A stretch of DNA of 64,000 nt. It comes from Basidiobolus meristosporus CBS 931.73 (Eukaryota; Fungi; Basidiobolomycota). Every line of letters starts with the position of its first letter. The stretch's first letter is position 1. A program made the position numbers and the translations under genes. The stretch spans positions 62,001-126,000 of the forward strand of contig MCFE01000086.1 of the NCBI GenBank assembly GCA_002104905.1. The letters run 5' to 3'. Below, in pieces: positions 13,716 to 25,264 of the stretch. The notes under the pieces are model-generated. The model saw only the letters and a program-made list of their open reading frames with translations, searched no databases and was not told the DNA's origin.

Positions 13716-15254
13716 CAGACAAGTGGTAGTATCTTGTAGAGCTTAGATTGGAATCTTGTGAGCTTTGCAGTTTCTTTACTGATGTAGTACCAATCAAAGT
13801 CAGAATACTTGACAATGCAAGTGATGCAGGGGAAGTCTTATAACCTTTAAGCTTGTAATTGTAGAGTGGAGATTCTAAAAAGAGAGGCTCTCCTTTATTT
13901 TTTAGCTGGGGAAGTCATATATATCAAATTACTGAAGGATCGAATTCTTTTGCAGTGGCGCAGGTTGGACATAGGTGCAGCACCTGTGAAGATTTCACAT
14001 GATTTGATTGGCTGGTTCAAAAGTTACACACAATGAAATTCACCATAGTAATCCCAGCAATAAAGACCTAGTATATATAATAATTGGATTCTTTTGGTCA
14101 TAACTCCATAAGTACTGCTTCAAATAAGCTGTAATTTGAAAAATGTGTTGGCTACTATGTGTTCTGTATGATATAATATTCTTGGGTGGTTTGCTTGTCA
14201 GGGTCTGCAGTATTTGTTCTTCAAAGTTGGAATTTCTTGATCTTACCCTTGTGTGCTACAATAGCAAAAAGCAAAATAAAGAAATGAGTGCAATATTGGT
14301 TCTGAGATATTGTAGTGATGGAATACTTTTCATTACCACAGATTGTGGTAGCAGAAATTCAATGACCATGAAGAAGCTTATCTTGCCTTATGTGCCAAGC
14401 CTCAGAGTCTGGAACAAGCAATAAAAGTACATGTGGTACTTCATAGCAACAAACCATGCAGGAAAGGTACTATTCACTGATGATGGCAAAGATATGGTAG
14501 CTATACTAAATGAAAGAAAGTCAATAGGGTGGGAGTGGGTCTACAAAATCAAGATAACCTCAAATGGTCCTGTTAATAGGTACAAAACTACATAGGTGGC
14601 TGAAAGCTATTTCCAGATGTATGAACTAGACTTCAGGGAACCATCTGCTCTGGTAGCCAAATAAACTCTGTTAGGACAGTTCTAACCTTGGCAGCTGTTC
14701 TCAGTCCAGATCTACACCAAATGGACATGAAACAGCCTTGCTAAATGGGGATCTGCACAAAACCATATACTAGAAGCAATAAGAAGGTTTTACAAATCCA
14801 AATAACCCCTATAAGGTGTGCAAACTTATGAAATGGTTGCATGGGCTTGAGCAGGCACCAAGAGTATTGAATAATAATGTGGACAAATATCCAGAGGAGA
14901 TGGGTCTCATCATTAGTACTGCAGATTATAATAAATATGTAAAACAGGCTCAAGAGTGAATGATTATCCTGGTACTTAATGTGGGCATGGTAATTGTCAC
15001 TACAAGTGACCAGAAAGCACTTAAACAGATAAATTAGACCTCTGCAGCAAGTCTGACTTGAGAGATCCTGGAAAACTGAGCTATTTCCTTAGAATTGAAG
15101 TCCAATTAAATATTGCTGCATTATAAGTCTTGATATAAGACTTCAGTTGCTAACTAAATGTATTTGCTCATGTATGTGGTGGGTACTGACTCATTTAAAT
15201 GCATCATTATCACCCAGTTAGATTCCACTAAATTTATGTATATATTTCTCTCAT

Positions 15255-15375
15255 TGCATGAATCTGCTGATTGATCTGCTGACTAATACTTCTGATTTGA
15301 TAGATCATACTGAAGTACCAATAGACCAAACATAAGACTAGTTGACCTGACTAAAAACTGATGCAACTTATACTT
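15255..15375 (-). repeat. Fragment of Gypsy family A LTR
   Basis: GATCTGCTGACTAATACTTCTGATTTGATAGAT...GACTAAAAACTGAT matches 22250-22350. Confidence 0.65.
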
Positions 15376-16419
15376 TCAAGTGGTAAATCTCATCACTATA
15401 GAGAGAATCTTAGAGAATCAGGTACACCAAGGACAAATATACATGCTTCAAAATGGAAATTGTAGGTCTGCAGCAACCCCCATGGACTACAGCCTGAAAT
15501 CATGCAAATCTTACCAGGTTTGAATGAAAACAATTCAAATATGGACCAAAACTTTCCCTATTAATCAATAGTTGGTAGCCTGGTGCATTGTAAGTGTCTA
15601 CATGTCCAGATATTGTGGTGGCAGTTGTAATAGTCAGTCAATTCAGGTAGAATTATAGTACTGATCATATCACAGCAGTTAGCAACTCTTCAGATATCCA
15701 AAAGGTACTATTAGTATGGTTCTGGAATACTCTGGAGCAAGTACCAGGCATAAATTGAATGTTCATAGTGATTTAGATTGGGTAGGGATCTAATTGACAA
15801 TCACTCAACCATTGCACATGAATTTCTATATGCAGGTGCAACTATTACTTGGAACCAATAATAAACCACCAACTGTGGCCCATATAGAGCTGAAGCTCAA
15901 TATAGGGCTGCTTGTCAAGCCACTAAGGCATCTATACAGCAACAGAAACTGTTGAAGACTTGAGCTTCAATTGAGATGAACCAACATGTACTTAAACAGA
16001 TAATTAAAGTCCTGTTTCATCAGCTGGGAAGCCTACTAATCATGCCAAACTCAGCACATAGATACAAAACACCACCTTGCAAGGGAATTTGTATTAACTC
16101 TGAAGCTGCTACAGAATTCTCATGGATGCTGAGGAACCCTCCTTACTTTGTGTTATAAATTTATTACTTCTCCAAAGGCATAAATACTGAGCTTCTTTAT
16201 GAATATTCTGTAAAAGTTTCAGGGTTAGTATGTAATGTTTAGTAAAAGTATTAATTTGATCTTTACTATAAAGGAATAATCATAGGATCATAGATGTGAA
16301 GAAACTGGCAAAGTTGGGGCTGCAAACAAGTCCTTCAGTGACCAAGACTAGTCTAAAGTTGTGAAGTAAGTTTTAGCAGCTGAATGATACCAAATAGTCC
16401 AATATTGCAACAGCATCAG

Positions 16420-18180
16420 GATCATGAATGTTGCATGGGCATTAGTGAGGCCAAAACTCATGACTAAGTACTTGTAATGTCAATAGCTGGTCCTGAATGC
16501 TGTCTTTAGGGTGTCTTCCAGCTTCACCCTAGTCTGATTGTATCCTGACACAAGGTCAATCTTGCTGAATAGAGTGGCTCCATTGACTTGATCTAAAAGT
16601 TCATCAATCATGGGTAAGGGGTACTTATTCTTCATGGTAACTGAGTTGTAGGCTCTGTAGTTAATGAACAGTGTAAGTGTTCCATCCTTCTTCTTCACAA
16701 AAAGTACTGGTGCTTCCCAATGTAACTTGCTGGGTCTGATATATCCTTGCTCCAATAACTGATCTATTTGTCTCTTCATCTCTTCCAACTCTAATGCACT
16801 CATTCTGAAAGGTGTATTACCCACCAGTGGGCTATCTCCTGTGTCAATGGTATGATCCACATCCCTAACTGGTGGCATGCTTGCAAGTTGATCTGGCAAT
16901 ACATCAGAATATTCCTTCAAAAGAGTCTGGACCTTCTGGGGTACTGGGGTAGAGAAATCCTCCTGTATACTGCCATGAGGAACATCTGGGTGCCATTTCT
17001 AAGCTCTCTACAAGACTGTGTCTTGCTCAGTTTACTTGTTTCACACACACTGGAATTGACCAAGTTGAAATCCAGTCTGGCAGGTAACAGCTCTTAGATC
17101 TTGTCCTTCTGAATCTGAGTTGCATGGGCTCTCCAGTTGATTGATGGATTACAACAAAATAGCCAGGTTCTCCCAAGTACAAGGTCAACCTTGCAGTTCC
17201 CAAATATATAGGCCTGTAGATTGTCTTCATAGTCATTGATCTTCATCATTACTGGCTGAGTAATATGGTTGATTATATGAGAGTTCCCATCTTAACTCCA
17301 AACATAGCTGAGTCATAGCCAATGGCAGTTTTGACGGCTTCTTCAATAGTTTGGGGTCATCAATAATTCACTTCCTTGCAAGTTCTTCCTTTCAACCAAT
17401 CATTAGGTACTCCACTTGATCCAGGGGGTCCATTCTTTCAATTTGTCCAAGTAGATATCTATCTTCACAGATGTGCTCTTGAGCCATTCCTTTCTATGTG
17501 AGTGTCTTCAGCTTTCTTCTAAGTAGTGTTTGTTGGTGTTTAGGTTCAAAAGCATCCTGAATTTCCAACACCAACTCATCCCAGTTAGAGATTGTAGAGC
17601 ATCCCATGATGGTGGCTGACATGATCTTGTTGTGGTACCACTGTAAAGCTGCATTTGCCAGGTAAGAGGCTGCATAATATAACTTGCTTTCTGGAGCAAT
17701 TCCCTTAGCCTTTAAAGCTTCTTCAATCTGGAAGAGCCAAGTTCCCAGGTTTTCATTGACTCTACCGTTGTACCAGTTGACCTTCACACTGAAGTTACTC
17801 TTGGCAGGGTTTTGCTGGCTTTGGGCCATGAGAGTTGTTCCTTGTTGCTGCTGGCTCAAGATCTGGAGTAACTGTTGCTGTTGGGCCAGGATTTGCTGCA
17901 TAGCATTTTTCTATTTTCAACTTTTGGACAACTTGAGGGAGGTTTCTTCTTTCTTCAGGAGGGATGTTTCTGGTTATTGCTGCTACCAATGTTACAAGTC
18001 TTGGTATAAGAGTGGTAGAGGAATAAGGAATTTAGCTAGTTCTGTAATCAATAAACTTGAACTGATATTTATAGAGGTTCCAGCTGCTCCTTATATACAT
18101 TTTGCCAGATTAATTGCTGACTAACTTTATTTTCAATGTAGGTTGTGGCTGAAGACACATTTAATTGCATCATCAATAGG
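16420..18180 (-). mobile_element. Ty3/Gypsy family A, truncated and internally deleted (partial LTR 17990-18180, PBS, gag, PR/RT)
   Basis: ORFs 17494-17901 (gag) and 16480-16920 (RT) closely match the 9040 and 10460 ORFs. Deletion junction at ~17292 fuses the gag end to the protease. Confidence 0.88.
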
Positions 18181-18194
18181 ACTACTCAGAAATA

Positions 18195-19130
18195 AAGCCT
18201 ACAGAATAGGCAATGACTGTATGGGAGGGAGAGACTGTTGTGTTTATATCAAAGCCTAAATGTCAAAAGACACTGAAGAGCTATGAAGCAGTTAAATACA
18301 TTTTTGACCTTTTTTTTGAAAGGATTGAAGATATGCATTGGGTACTCTATACCCATGGCACTCTGAATCTAGCTCCTGTGGCTTGTAACATGCTACAAAA
18401 ATGTATGGCACCATCTTGGTCCACTGGTACTATGTGACACTATATTTAATTATTAGCACTAAAGTAAGATCTATACAAAGCACTTATGGTACCAGATAGT
18501 ACCAGTGGACCAGGATAGTGCCACACATTTTTGTGACATGTGACAAGCCACAGGAGCTAAATTCGGAGTGCCATGGGTATTCAGTACCTGATGCATGCGT
18601 TCAGTTCTTCTGTGCTCCTACAAATCCTGCACAACATTGATCCACAAAAAAATGGCAAAAATTGATTCTCTCCTGCATCATAGGTGAAACACAGGAGCTG
18701 GCTTGCATGCGGATGCAGAGCTATGTTTCACACTTTGTGGCCAAGTATAGGTTCACTTTGCCTCTCTAGCACACTATGACATCATTTGGGACTTGTGGCT
18801 CAATGTGGCACTATCCAATGGAACAAGACTATTTACTGTACCAGTCAGGAGAACAGATGCATTTGGTCCATAGTGTGCAAATTGCATGCAGGGCTTTTTA
18901 TGCGCAGCTATCCTTGTCAGATCACATCACTCTTGACTCATTGTTGACCTCAGTGCATGTCTTACAATATTTCTCTTTAAATATACTTGTCGGTATCTTG
19001 ATGCAAATGCATGCCAGTGCTTTCTACTCAGATTCTCCTATCTCTGGTGGCTCTCTGGAATATACAGTTCTGCCAGATTAATATGTAGTGCCTGAATATC
19101 TGCATGTAGGCACATCATAGGTGCCTGGAC
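18195..19130 (+). mobile_element. CACTA-like element ORF2 remnant, interrupted by a foldback MITE
   Basis: TVWEGETVVFISKPKCQKTLKSYEAV matches TAWEGDNVVFIQKSKNQKTLKICEAI at ~27365-27445 on minus. Continuation past 18830 is presumed. Confidence 0.55.
18297..18830. mobile_element. Foldback/MITE copy 3, left arm truncated
   Basis: Same arms and central spacer as copy 2. Ends ...CTATCCAATGGAACAAGACT|att. Confidence 0.78.
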
Positions 19131-19989
19131 CATACTAAAGTCATATGACAACAACTCAAACAGATCCAACAGTGAGTTGTTTGGTCTGGATTGTGCTTGT
19201 AAGCTCATGGATGGAGTTTGTCTGAGCTGTACTAAAAGTAGGCTGCAACTTAGTATATGGATCAGAGTAACAGATTTGAATACATGGCAATCAACAGAGA
19301 TTCAACCATATTCTATGGAGTATCAGATAAATCAGACTGATTGAATTAAATCAAGTCTACTCATTCTTACACAATCACTTATCAATCTTGATACAACTTA
19401 CTCAACTGAGTGGCCTTTTATCATCAGTCCCTTCTCTGCCATCCAATTGTTGTTTGACATATAAGAGGAAACCTATAAGAAGTACTGTGGATAATACACC
19501 TTAATATTCTCCATGGGATCCACTATTATATATCTCTGCTGCTACCAAAAATAAAGTCCTACAAGGTCTTATCCCACCATTGGTGGGAACAAAGTCTTGA
19601 GAGCCTCCATTCCTATCTGACAGCAATGGATAACAACCTTGCAATGGGTATAAATGACTTGCAACAAGTTTGGAAAGCTAGGTTGAGAAGCTTGAGTAGA
19701 CTTCCATTTGATAGAGTGCAGTGCTGCAATTTCTATATCAGGAGTACTTTGGGTCCTCTCCAAGCAATAGTAAACTGACCTCATTGAGGGTAGAGGCTTA
19801 TTTATTCTGGCAGTTACAAGGCACACTGTGTGAAGTTTTAAGCACTTTCTGACATTGATGGTAACATCTGGATTTGTGGGCCATTTGCTGGAAGTATGAA
19901 TGACTAGTCACAATAGGTAGATGATCATCCTGTCTTGGTACTTGATGGACTCTCATTAAACAAGTACTCCACCAGCAAATCCTGCTGAC

Positions 19990-21460
19990 CACTGATTCTA
20001 ATCAACCTGATTCTGCTGCCTATCTTACAGTATCAGTGAAGGGATCTGATGTTAGCCTCACTGGTATCTGGGCCTAAATCACTGCTCAGCCTGTAGACTA
20101 TCTGTATTCTTTGGTGGATGAGTTTTGTGTACTTTCCAGCAGGATACCAGTTATTGGTCATCATATTCAAGTGCATGTTATTACCTGCATTGGATATACC
20201 ACAGCCATGAGCAAGATAGCAGCTTTTCTGGCCACAATAGACATTATTGCTGTATAATATGTGAGATTCAGGGGATTGGCTTCATAACTCATGCAAATAA
20301 TTATTATCTAAACACCAACACCAGGAACATCATCTTCCCACAGAGAGAACATAGCAAAGGCCACATGCAGTAAAGTTGGCAGGCTGTAAGTCATTGACCA
20401 GAACATGGAATTAATTGGAAACTGGAGAGAGTGAATATGAGGGGTATTTATTAGAGCAAGCCCTTTCCACTGGAAGCAATGCATTTGCTTTCCACAATGT
20501 TACCATACAAATGATCAAGTTGTACATGGGGCATTTCAAGCAATATGAGCCCTTCAAGATACTAGAGAAACTTGAAAGAATTGGCAAGACATTACAGGGT
20601 TACCACTACCCTTAGTACTTTGCATGGGCTTCAATTAATATTCATATTCATATTCAACAATACAATGCAAGGACTGGATGACATGGGTTTCTAATTATTC
20701 AAATGACTGTCTGAAGCCATCTCTACCATGAGTACATAGGAAGCATTGGAAGTCATATGTTGACATTATGGCTATATTTATTTGTAAGTGGATGACCAAT
20801 GCCACTTGACACATCTGCAGCTCTTATGCCCGGAGTTTGTGATGGAATCTGAGCAGCTATACCATAAACAAGAAGCTGAGCACATAGATCTCCACTGCAT
20901 GGGTTATCAGTTAAGTAAAGTAAAGATGGGTAGTGCACAATAGGCAACTAATTTCTAATAGGACAACTTTACAAAAGTATGCTGGGTCTCTCTTGTTTAC
21001 AAGCCAGCTTCTACACTATTCAGTACACAATTCACACAAATAAGGGTCAGAGTGCACCTATAAGGGGACTGGAATCCAGCTGGGAGAACAAATCTATTGG
21101 TTGAATCAATCCAGCATGTGTTTTCAAGATATATATGTTATCAGTAAAAATAGGTATATTGTAACCTTGCAGGGATCACATTAAATGCCATAAACCTGAG
21201 GTGATAGAAGTCTGTCAATTGCCACTGGTGTGTGCACATATAGAGATTAGTAGCAGGAGGTTGTAGTTATTTTTTATTCTAACTACATGTGGAATACCCA
21301 AGGTAGTTTTGGGTAGGCAAATAAGGAGGGGTGACCCTACAGTGGTAATATGAATGACACAAGGAGGGGTACAAATATGAAATACTATCTGCTATATCAG
21401 TAAGGGAGCATTAATCAGAACCAGCTGTAGGACACCATACTGCTGTTATGATGCCAGCAA
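19990..21460 (+). mobile_element. CACTA/EnSpm-like transposase remnant (middle to 3' part, with internal deletion)
   Basis: Aligns to 34180-35950 (LILINL, IGYTTAMSKIA.FSGH...CCIICEIQG). Confidence 0.75.
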
Positions 21461-21471
21461 CACAAATGCAC

Positions 21472-22510
21472 TGACACTATATAAATTCAGCAACAAGAAG
21501 TAAATAATTGTAACATTAAATATTTATAAATTTACATTGTAAATACCAGACTAGGGTATTCTCAAGATGCATATGGGGTAGCACTAAACCAATTTGGCAA
21601 CAAGGACGAGGTACCTTCATCTTTGATAGTCATAAACCAGGGTTGTGAATACCCAATTAGGGGATTTATTAAGTTATAAATATGCTGACACTGTACAAAA
21701 TAAGTAACAAGAATCAAGCTCTTGTATTTTTATCAACTTACAAAGCTGGGTTGTAGTTACTAAATTTGGACTTTTGTCAAGATACAATTATGGTGACACT
21801 GAACAAAATTGGTGACAAGGTGTAAATAATGGTATCTTTAAATACATACAAAACCTTGTTGTCAAAACCAGATTAAGGAGTTCTCAGGGTGCAAATGAAA
21901 TGACACCATATAGATTCAGCAACAAGAAATGAGCTTTTATGTCTTAAAAGTACACAGAATTTAGTTGTACTTACTAGATTAGGAATATTTTAAAAACACA
22001 ACTAGAGTGACACTGTTACAAGTCTTGGTATAAGAGTTGTAGAGGAATAGGGAGTTTAGCTAGTATTGTATTCACTAAAACTTGAACTGATTTTTATTGA
22101 GGTTCCAGCAGCTCCTTATATACATTTTGCCAGATCAATTACTGACTAATTATATTTCCTAATGTAGGTTGTGGCTGATGACTCATTTGATTGCATCATC
22201 ATCACCCAATAAGATTTTACTTAATATATCTATTTCTGTCTGATAAGGATCTGCTGATTCAATTGCTGACTAATGCTACTGATTTCATAGATTATACTGA
22301 TATACTGATAACCTCAACATATACTAATTGATTTGACTAAAAACTGATCTAACTTAAACATTCAAGCGGCAGATCATAACAACACTATACAAGCTCAACA
22401 ATAGAATACCAATTTTTATATTTTTAACAATTTACAAAGTTAGGTTGTAATTACTAAATAAAAGAGATGATAGGATACAAATCCACTGACATGGAACACA
22501 AGGTGTTTCA
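21472..22510. repeat. Degenerate tandem array, 7 units, 107-bp period, interrupted by a solo LTR
   Basis: TGACAC-type box starts at 21472, 21579, 21686, 21794, 21901, 22008 and 22487. Spacings are 107, 107, 108, 107, 107, and 107 after removing the 372-bp LTR plus TSD. Confidence 0.85.
22014..22381 (-). mobile_element. Solo LTR of Gypsy family A with perfect 4-bp TSD ACAC
   Basis: acac|TGTTACAAG...GATCATAACA|acac. Full-length match to 8614-8981 and 27652-28020. Confidence 0.93.
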
Positions 22511-22818
22511 AAAGGTCCAACCTTAATTTATAAAAAACTTCTTTGCAAACTAAATTTAAAGCTATGTTGGAATATTAAACTTGAAAGTCCAATATCAAAT
22601 CTGTAAAAAGCTTTTAAAGTCCCGAAAGTGTGATTTAAGACTTAAAGTTTGGCTTGGAAACGGTTTGAACAGTTTTAGTATCTGAGAAAATCATTTTTAA
22701 AAAATGATTACACAAAGTTAAAAATAATATACAACCTAAGAAGTTGTAGAAGAAACATCCATTTCAAGAAAAGATTAGAATAATTGATATGTCATTACAA
22801 ACATACTTATCTTGTACC

Positions 22819-24030
22819 TTATACAGTTTTTGCTTGTTCTAACTTCTTTGCATATTGTTCAGCTTTCTTCTTCAATCTAATCATTTGTTTTGTATATATC
22901 AACTTCACCTAATATTACTAACAAATCACCTATCTGAGACATAACTTGATATTCTGTAAAGTACAAAGGATTTACTTCTAATCCACATATTCTTGCCAGT
23001 TCTACAGGCCAATACATTGTTTCACCTTGTTTGACAACTAAAGATGTAAAAATGTACTCTAATATGATGCTAGTATTTGCCTCTCTACCATTAGCAATTA
23101 AATGTTTAGCCATGACAACTTGAGGGGGTTCCACTTTTTGTTCATCTAGATTTTTAACAGATTTGATCATGCTTAAAAGATCAATGGGAACATTTTTTCT
23201 CAGAAGATGTATGATATGCTTATTATTGTTAGAAACAATTTCATCTTTGGTAACATTGTTAACCATACTGGTAATAGAACTATTATAAAGATTTTTTGCA
23301 AATTGGCAATATCCTAGCCAGGCATTTATAATACTTTTCTACTTAAGTATTTGATTTTTGTACATACTGTATCTCTTTTTAGACATTAGTATAATTTTGT
23401 CATAATATCTTTGAAGCTAAGAGCTATAGGTTGAAGAAGCATACTGGTAAAATATTTGTAAATGTTATTGCACAATTGGATATAAGTGGGTGCAGGGATT
23501 GGAGAAATAGGAATGGCCATGCAGGAATCAGTGTTGCTCTATATAACTTTGACTGGATAATTATCAGATATATGGGAGCCAGTCTGATCTACATATTTTC
23601 TACCCACATGGGTAATATATTTGGTGCAACCCAAATGGCCAAAATATTCATTTTTCAAAGCTCATGGTAGTGTAAGCTCTATTGGCACTAACCATCAGTG
23701 TGTTTTGTCTACAATCAAGAATAAGTTTTGTATAAATATCTGTTTTGTGCACTTTTTTAACTTTAAGTTTAACATGTTTGGGTATATCCACTAGATTTTT
23801 AACAAGACCAGAAAGAATGCCAACAGGTGATAATAAGAATTATGTTTGTATGTTCCCATTTCTGTGGTGTTGACAATGTTGGTAGTAAACTTATTCTTAA
23901 CATAAACACACAGGCCAATATTATGAGCAACCATGATAGATGAATACAAAGACTGGAACTCTAAAATGCAACATTCTTTATATATACCATATTCAGCTTC
24001 ATTCTACTATAGTACCCTTATTCCATGACT
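22819..24030 (-). pseudogene. Family-B DNA polymerase remnant (palm, fingers, thumb), intron-less, AT-rich, virus-like
   Basis: Ordered motifs across frames: KGTIV.EAEYGIY; EFQSLYSSIMVAHNI (23916-23960, cf. DFxSLYPSIMxAHN); GILSGLVKNLVDIPKHVK; LDCRQNTLMVSANRAY; YITHVGRKYV; VI*SNTDSCM (23517-23547, cf. YGDTDS); ILMSKKRY (~23369-23392); YCQFAK; PPQVVMAKHL in the thumb. Confidence 0.88.
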
Positions 24031-24234
24031 TTGGGTGGAACACTGCTGCTTTTTGCCACTGTTCATTCACTAGTTCCCATATATCCTGGTCTTCAGCCAG
24101 CACTGCAAGGTCTAACACCTGATCTATCAGTCTTTGAAGTAAATTGCTGCAATATTCAAGTGGGTTTTTCTGATCACTGCCCTTGAAGAAATGCTCCAAC
24201 CTCCTGTGAAGCTTATTAATGATGCACGGCTACA

Positions 24235-24850
24235 CAAGTGTACATCAGAGGCATTCAGAGTCATATGTTGATCTAATAGGAGTATTTATCCAGAAGCAGA
24301 TCACTAGTGCAAACTTGACATATCTGCAGCTTTTATACAAGGGGTTTGTAATGGGATTTGAGCAGCTTTACTACAAGCATAAAGCTAAATGTGTAAATCT
24401 TTGCTGCTACTGTATCCACACGCTACTCCATCTTGCTTGGTGTATTGAGAATATTGGCCTTGCTTCACCTTTTGGAGTTTCCCATGGAGCAGATGTGTGG
24501 GGAGATAGGAAGATGAGTCAAGTTGCAGGTGCTACTATATTTCAATCTCATCAAGAATATAACCTTCAAGCCTGTCATAGATGAAATGAGTTGGCACATG
24601 GAGGACAGCCAGGAATAGTAAGAAAATACTAAAAACAGATGTGTATATGGAGATATGTATGCCTTTGGCATAAAGAGGCTACACTGCCCCCATGTGCTGG
24701 TAATCAGTTAGGTGATGCAAAGTTGGGTTGTGAGCTACAAGCAAGTAGTCTTTAGTATGAAGCTTTACCAATATATACAGGGATCCATTGGTCGCAAGCC
24801 AGTTTTCACACTGTTCAATAAGGAATACCAATTAACAGAGAACCAACCAA
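24235..24850 (+). mobile_element. CACTA-like transposase fragment (DUF4218-type region)
   Basis: GFEQLYYKHKA..CCYCIHTLLHLA.CIENIG, homologous to the 34957 ORF. Confidence 0.78.
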
Positions 24851-25019
24851 ATGCCACTTTTGTATTGCTGTGATGAAAAATTTTGACTAAGTTTTTTGTG
24901 AAATCTGGGGTGCAAATTTTTTTATGGTTTTGAATAGTGACCTGATAGAATCAATACCTCTATGTCATTGGACTTTAAATTTGCCATGGCCTCTTGACAG
25001 GATCATCACAATAATTTTC

Positions 25020-25240
25020 ATAGGGTATATCAATGAGGGTTTAAACTCATCCTATGTCTATTCAGTCAATATTGATGAGCCTCAGACTGTAAGAGAGGCC
25101 CTAAACAGCCCTCAGACAAAGTTTTGGAGATCTGCCATAACTGAAGAATACCAGGCCCTAATTGAAAATCAAACTTGGGACTTAGTCAAATAACCGATCA
25201 ACCAAAAATCATTTGATTGCAGATGGGTCTTAAAGGCAAA
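25020..25240 (+). mobile_element. Ty1/Copia RT N-terminal fragment
   Basis: DEPQTVREALNSPQTKFWRSAITEEYQALIENQTWDLVK. Confidence 0.8.
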
Positions 25241-25264
25241 ACTCTATAAACAATGATTGATCTC

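Larger units (their letters stand above)
12690..16230 (+). mobile_element. Highly degenerate Ty1/Copia family 2 remnants (integrase, RT, RNase H)
   Basis: VYFVKTMNEALGTFKHLKNTAEAQTG..SDNAKEYCSKEF (~12715-12860), WVYKIK..GPVNRYKT (~14535-14590), EAQYRAACQATK (~15890-15930). Interspersed with unrelated sequence. Confidence 0.65.

Noticed and set aside
21472-22510. 107-bp array as a CRISPR-like array
   Set aside because: The context is eukaryotic, the 'spacers' are homologous to each other, the repeats are not identical, and no cas genes are present.
21472-22510. Array as repeated micro-exon/intron units on minus (GTA…YAG signals)
   Set aside because: Implied exon lengths (37-38 nt or 56-57 nt) do not keep a consistent frame and one acceptor is GG. 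Not supported, though not excluded without RNA-seq.
22819-24030. Polinton/Maverick or mitochondrial-plasmid polymerase
   Set aside because: The motif set (SIMxAHN, GIL..L...RK, KKRY) is of the RNA-primed type, and no integrase or long TIRs are evident.
23999-24199. 66-aa ORF upstream of the PolB fossil as its exonuclease region
   Set aside because: Only the last residues (KGTIVE) fit PolB. The rest is GC-richer and shows no Exo motifs, so it is probably an unrelated junction.
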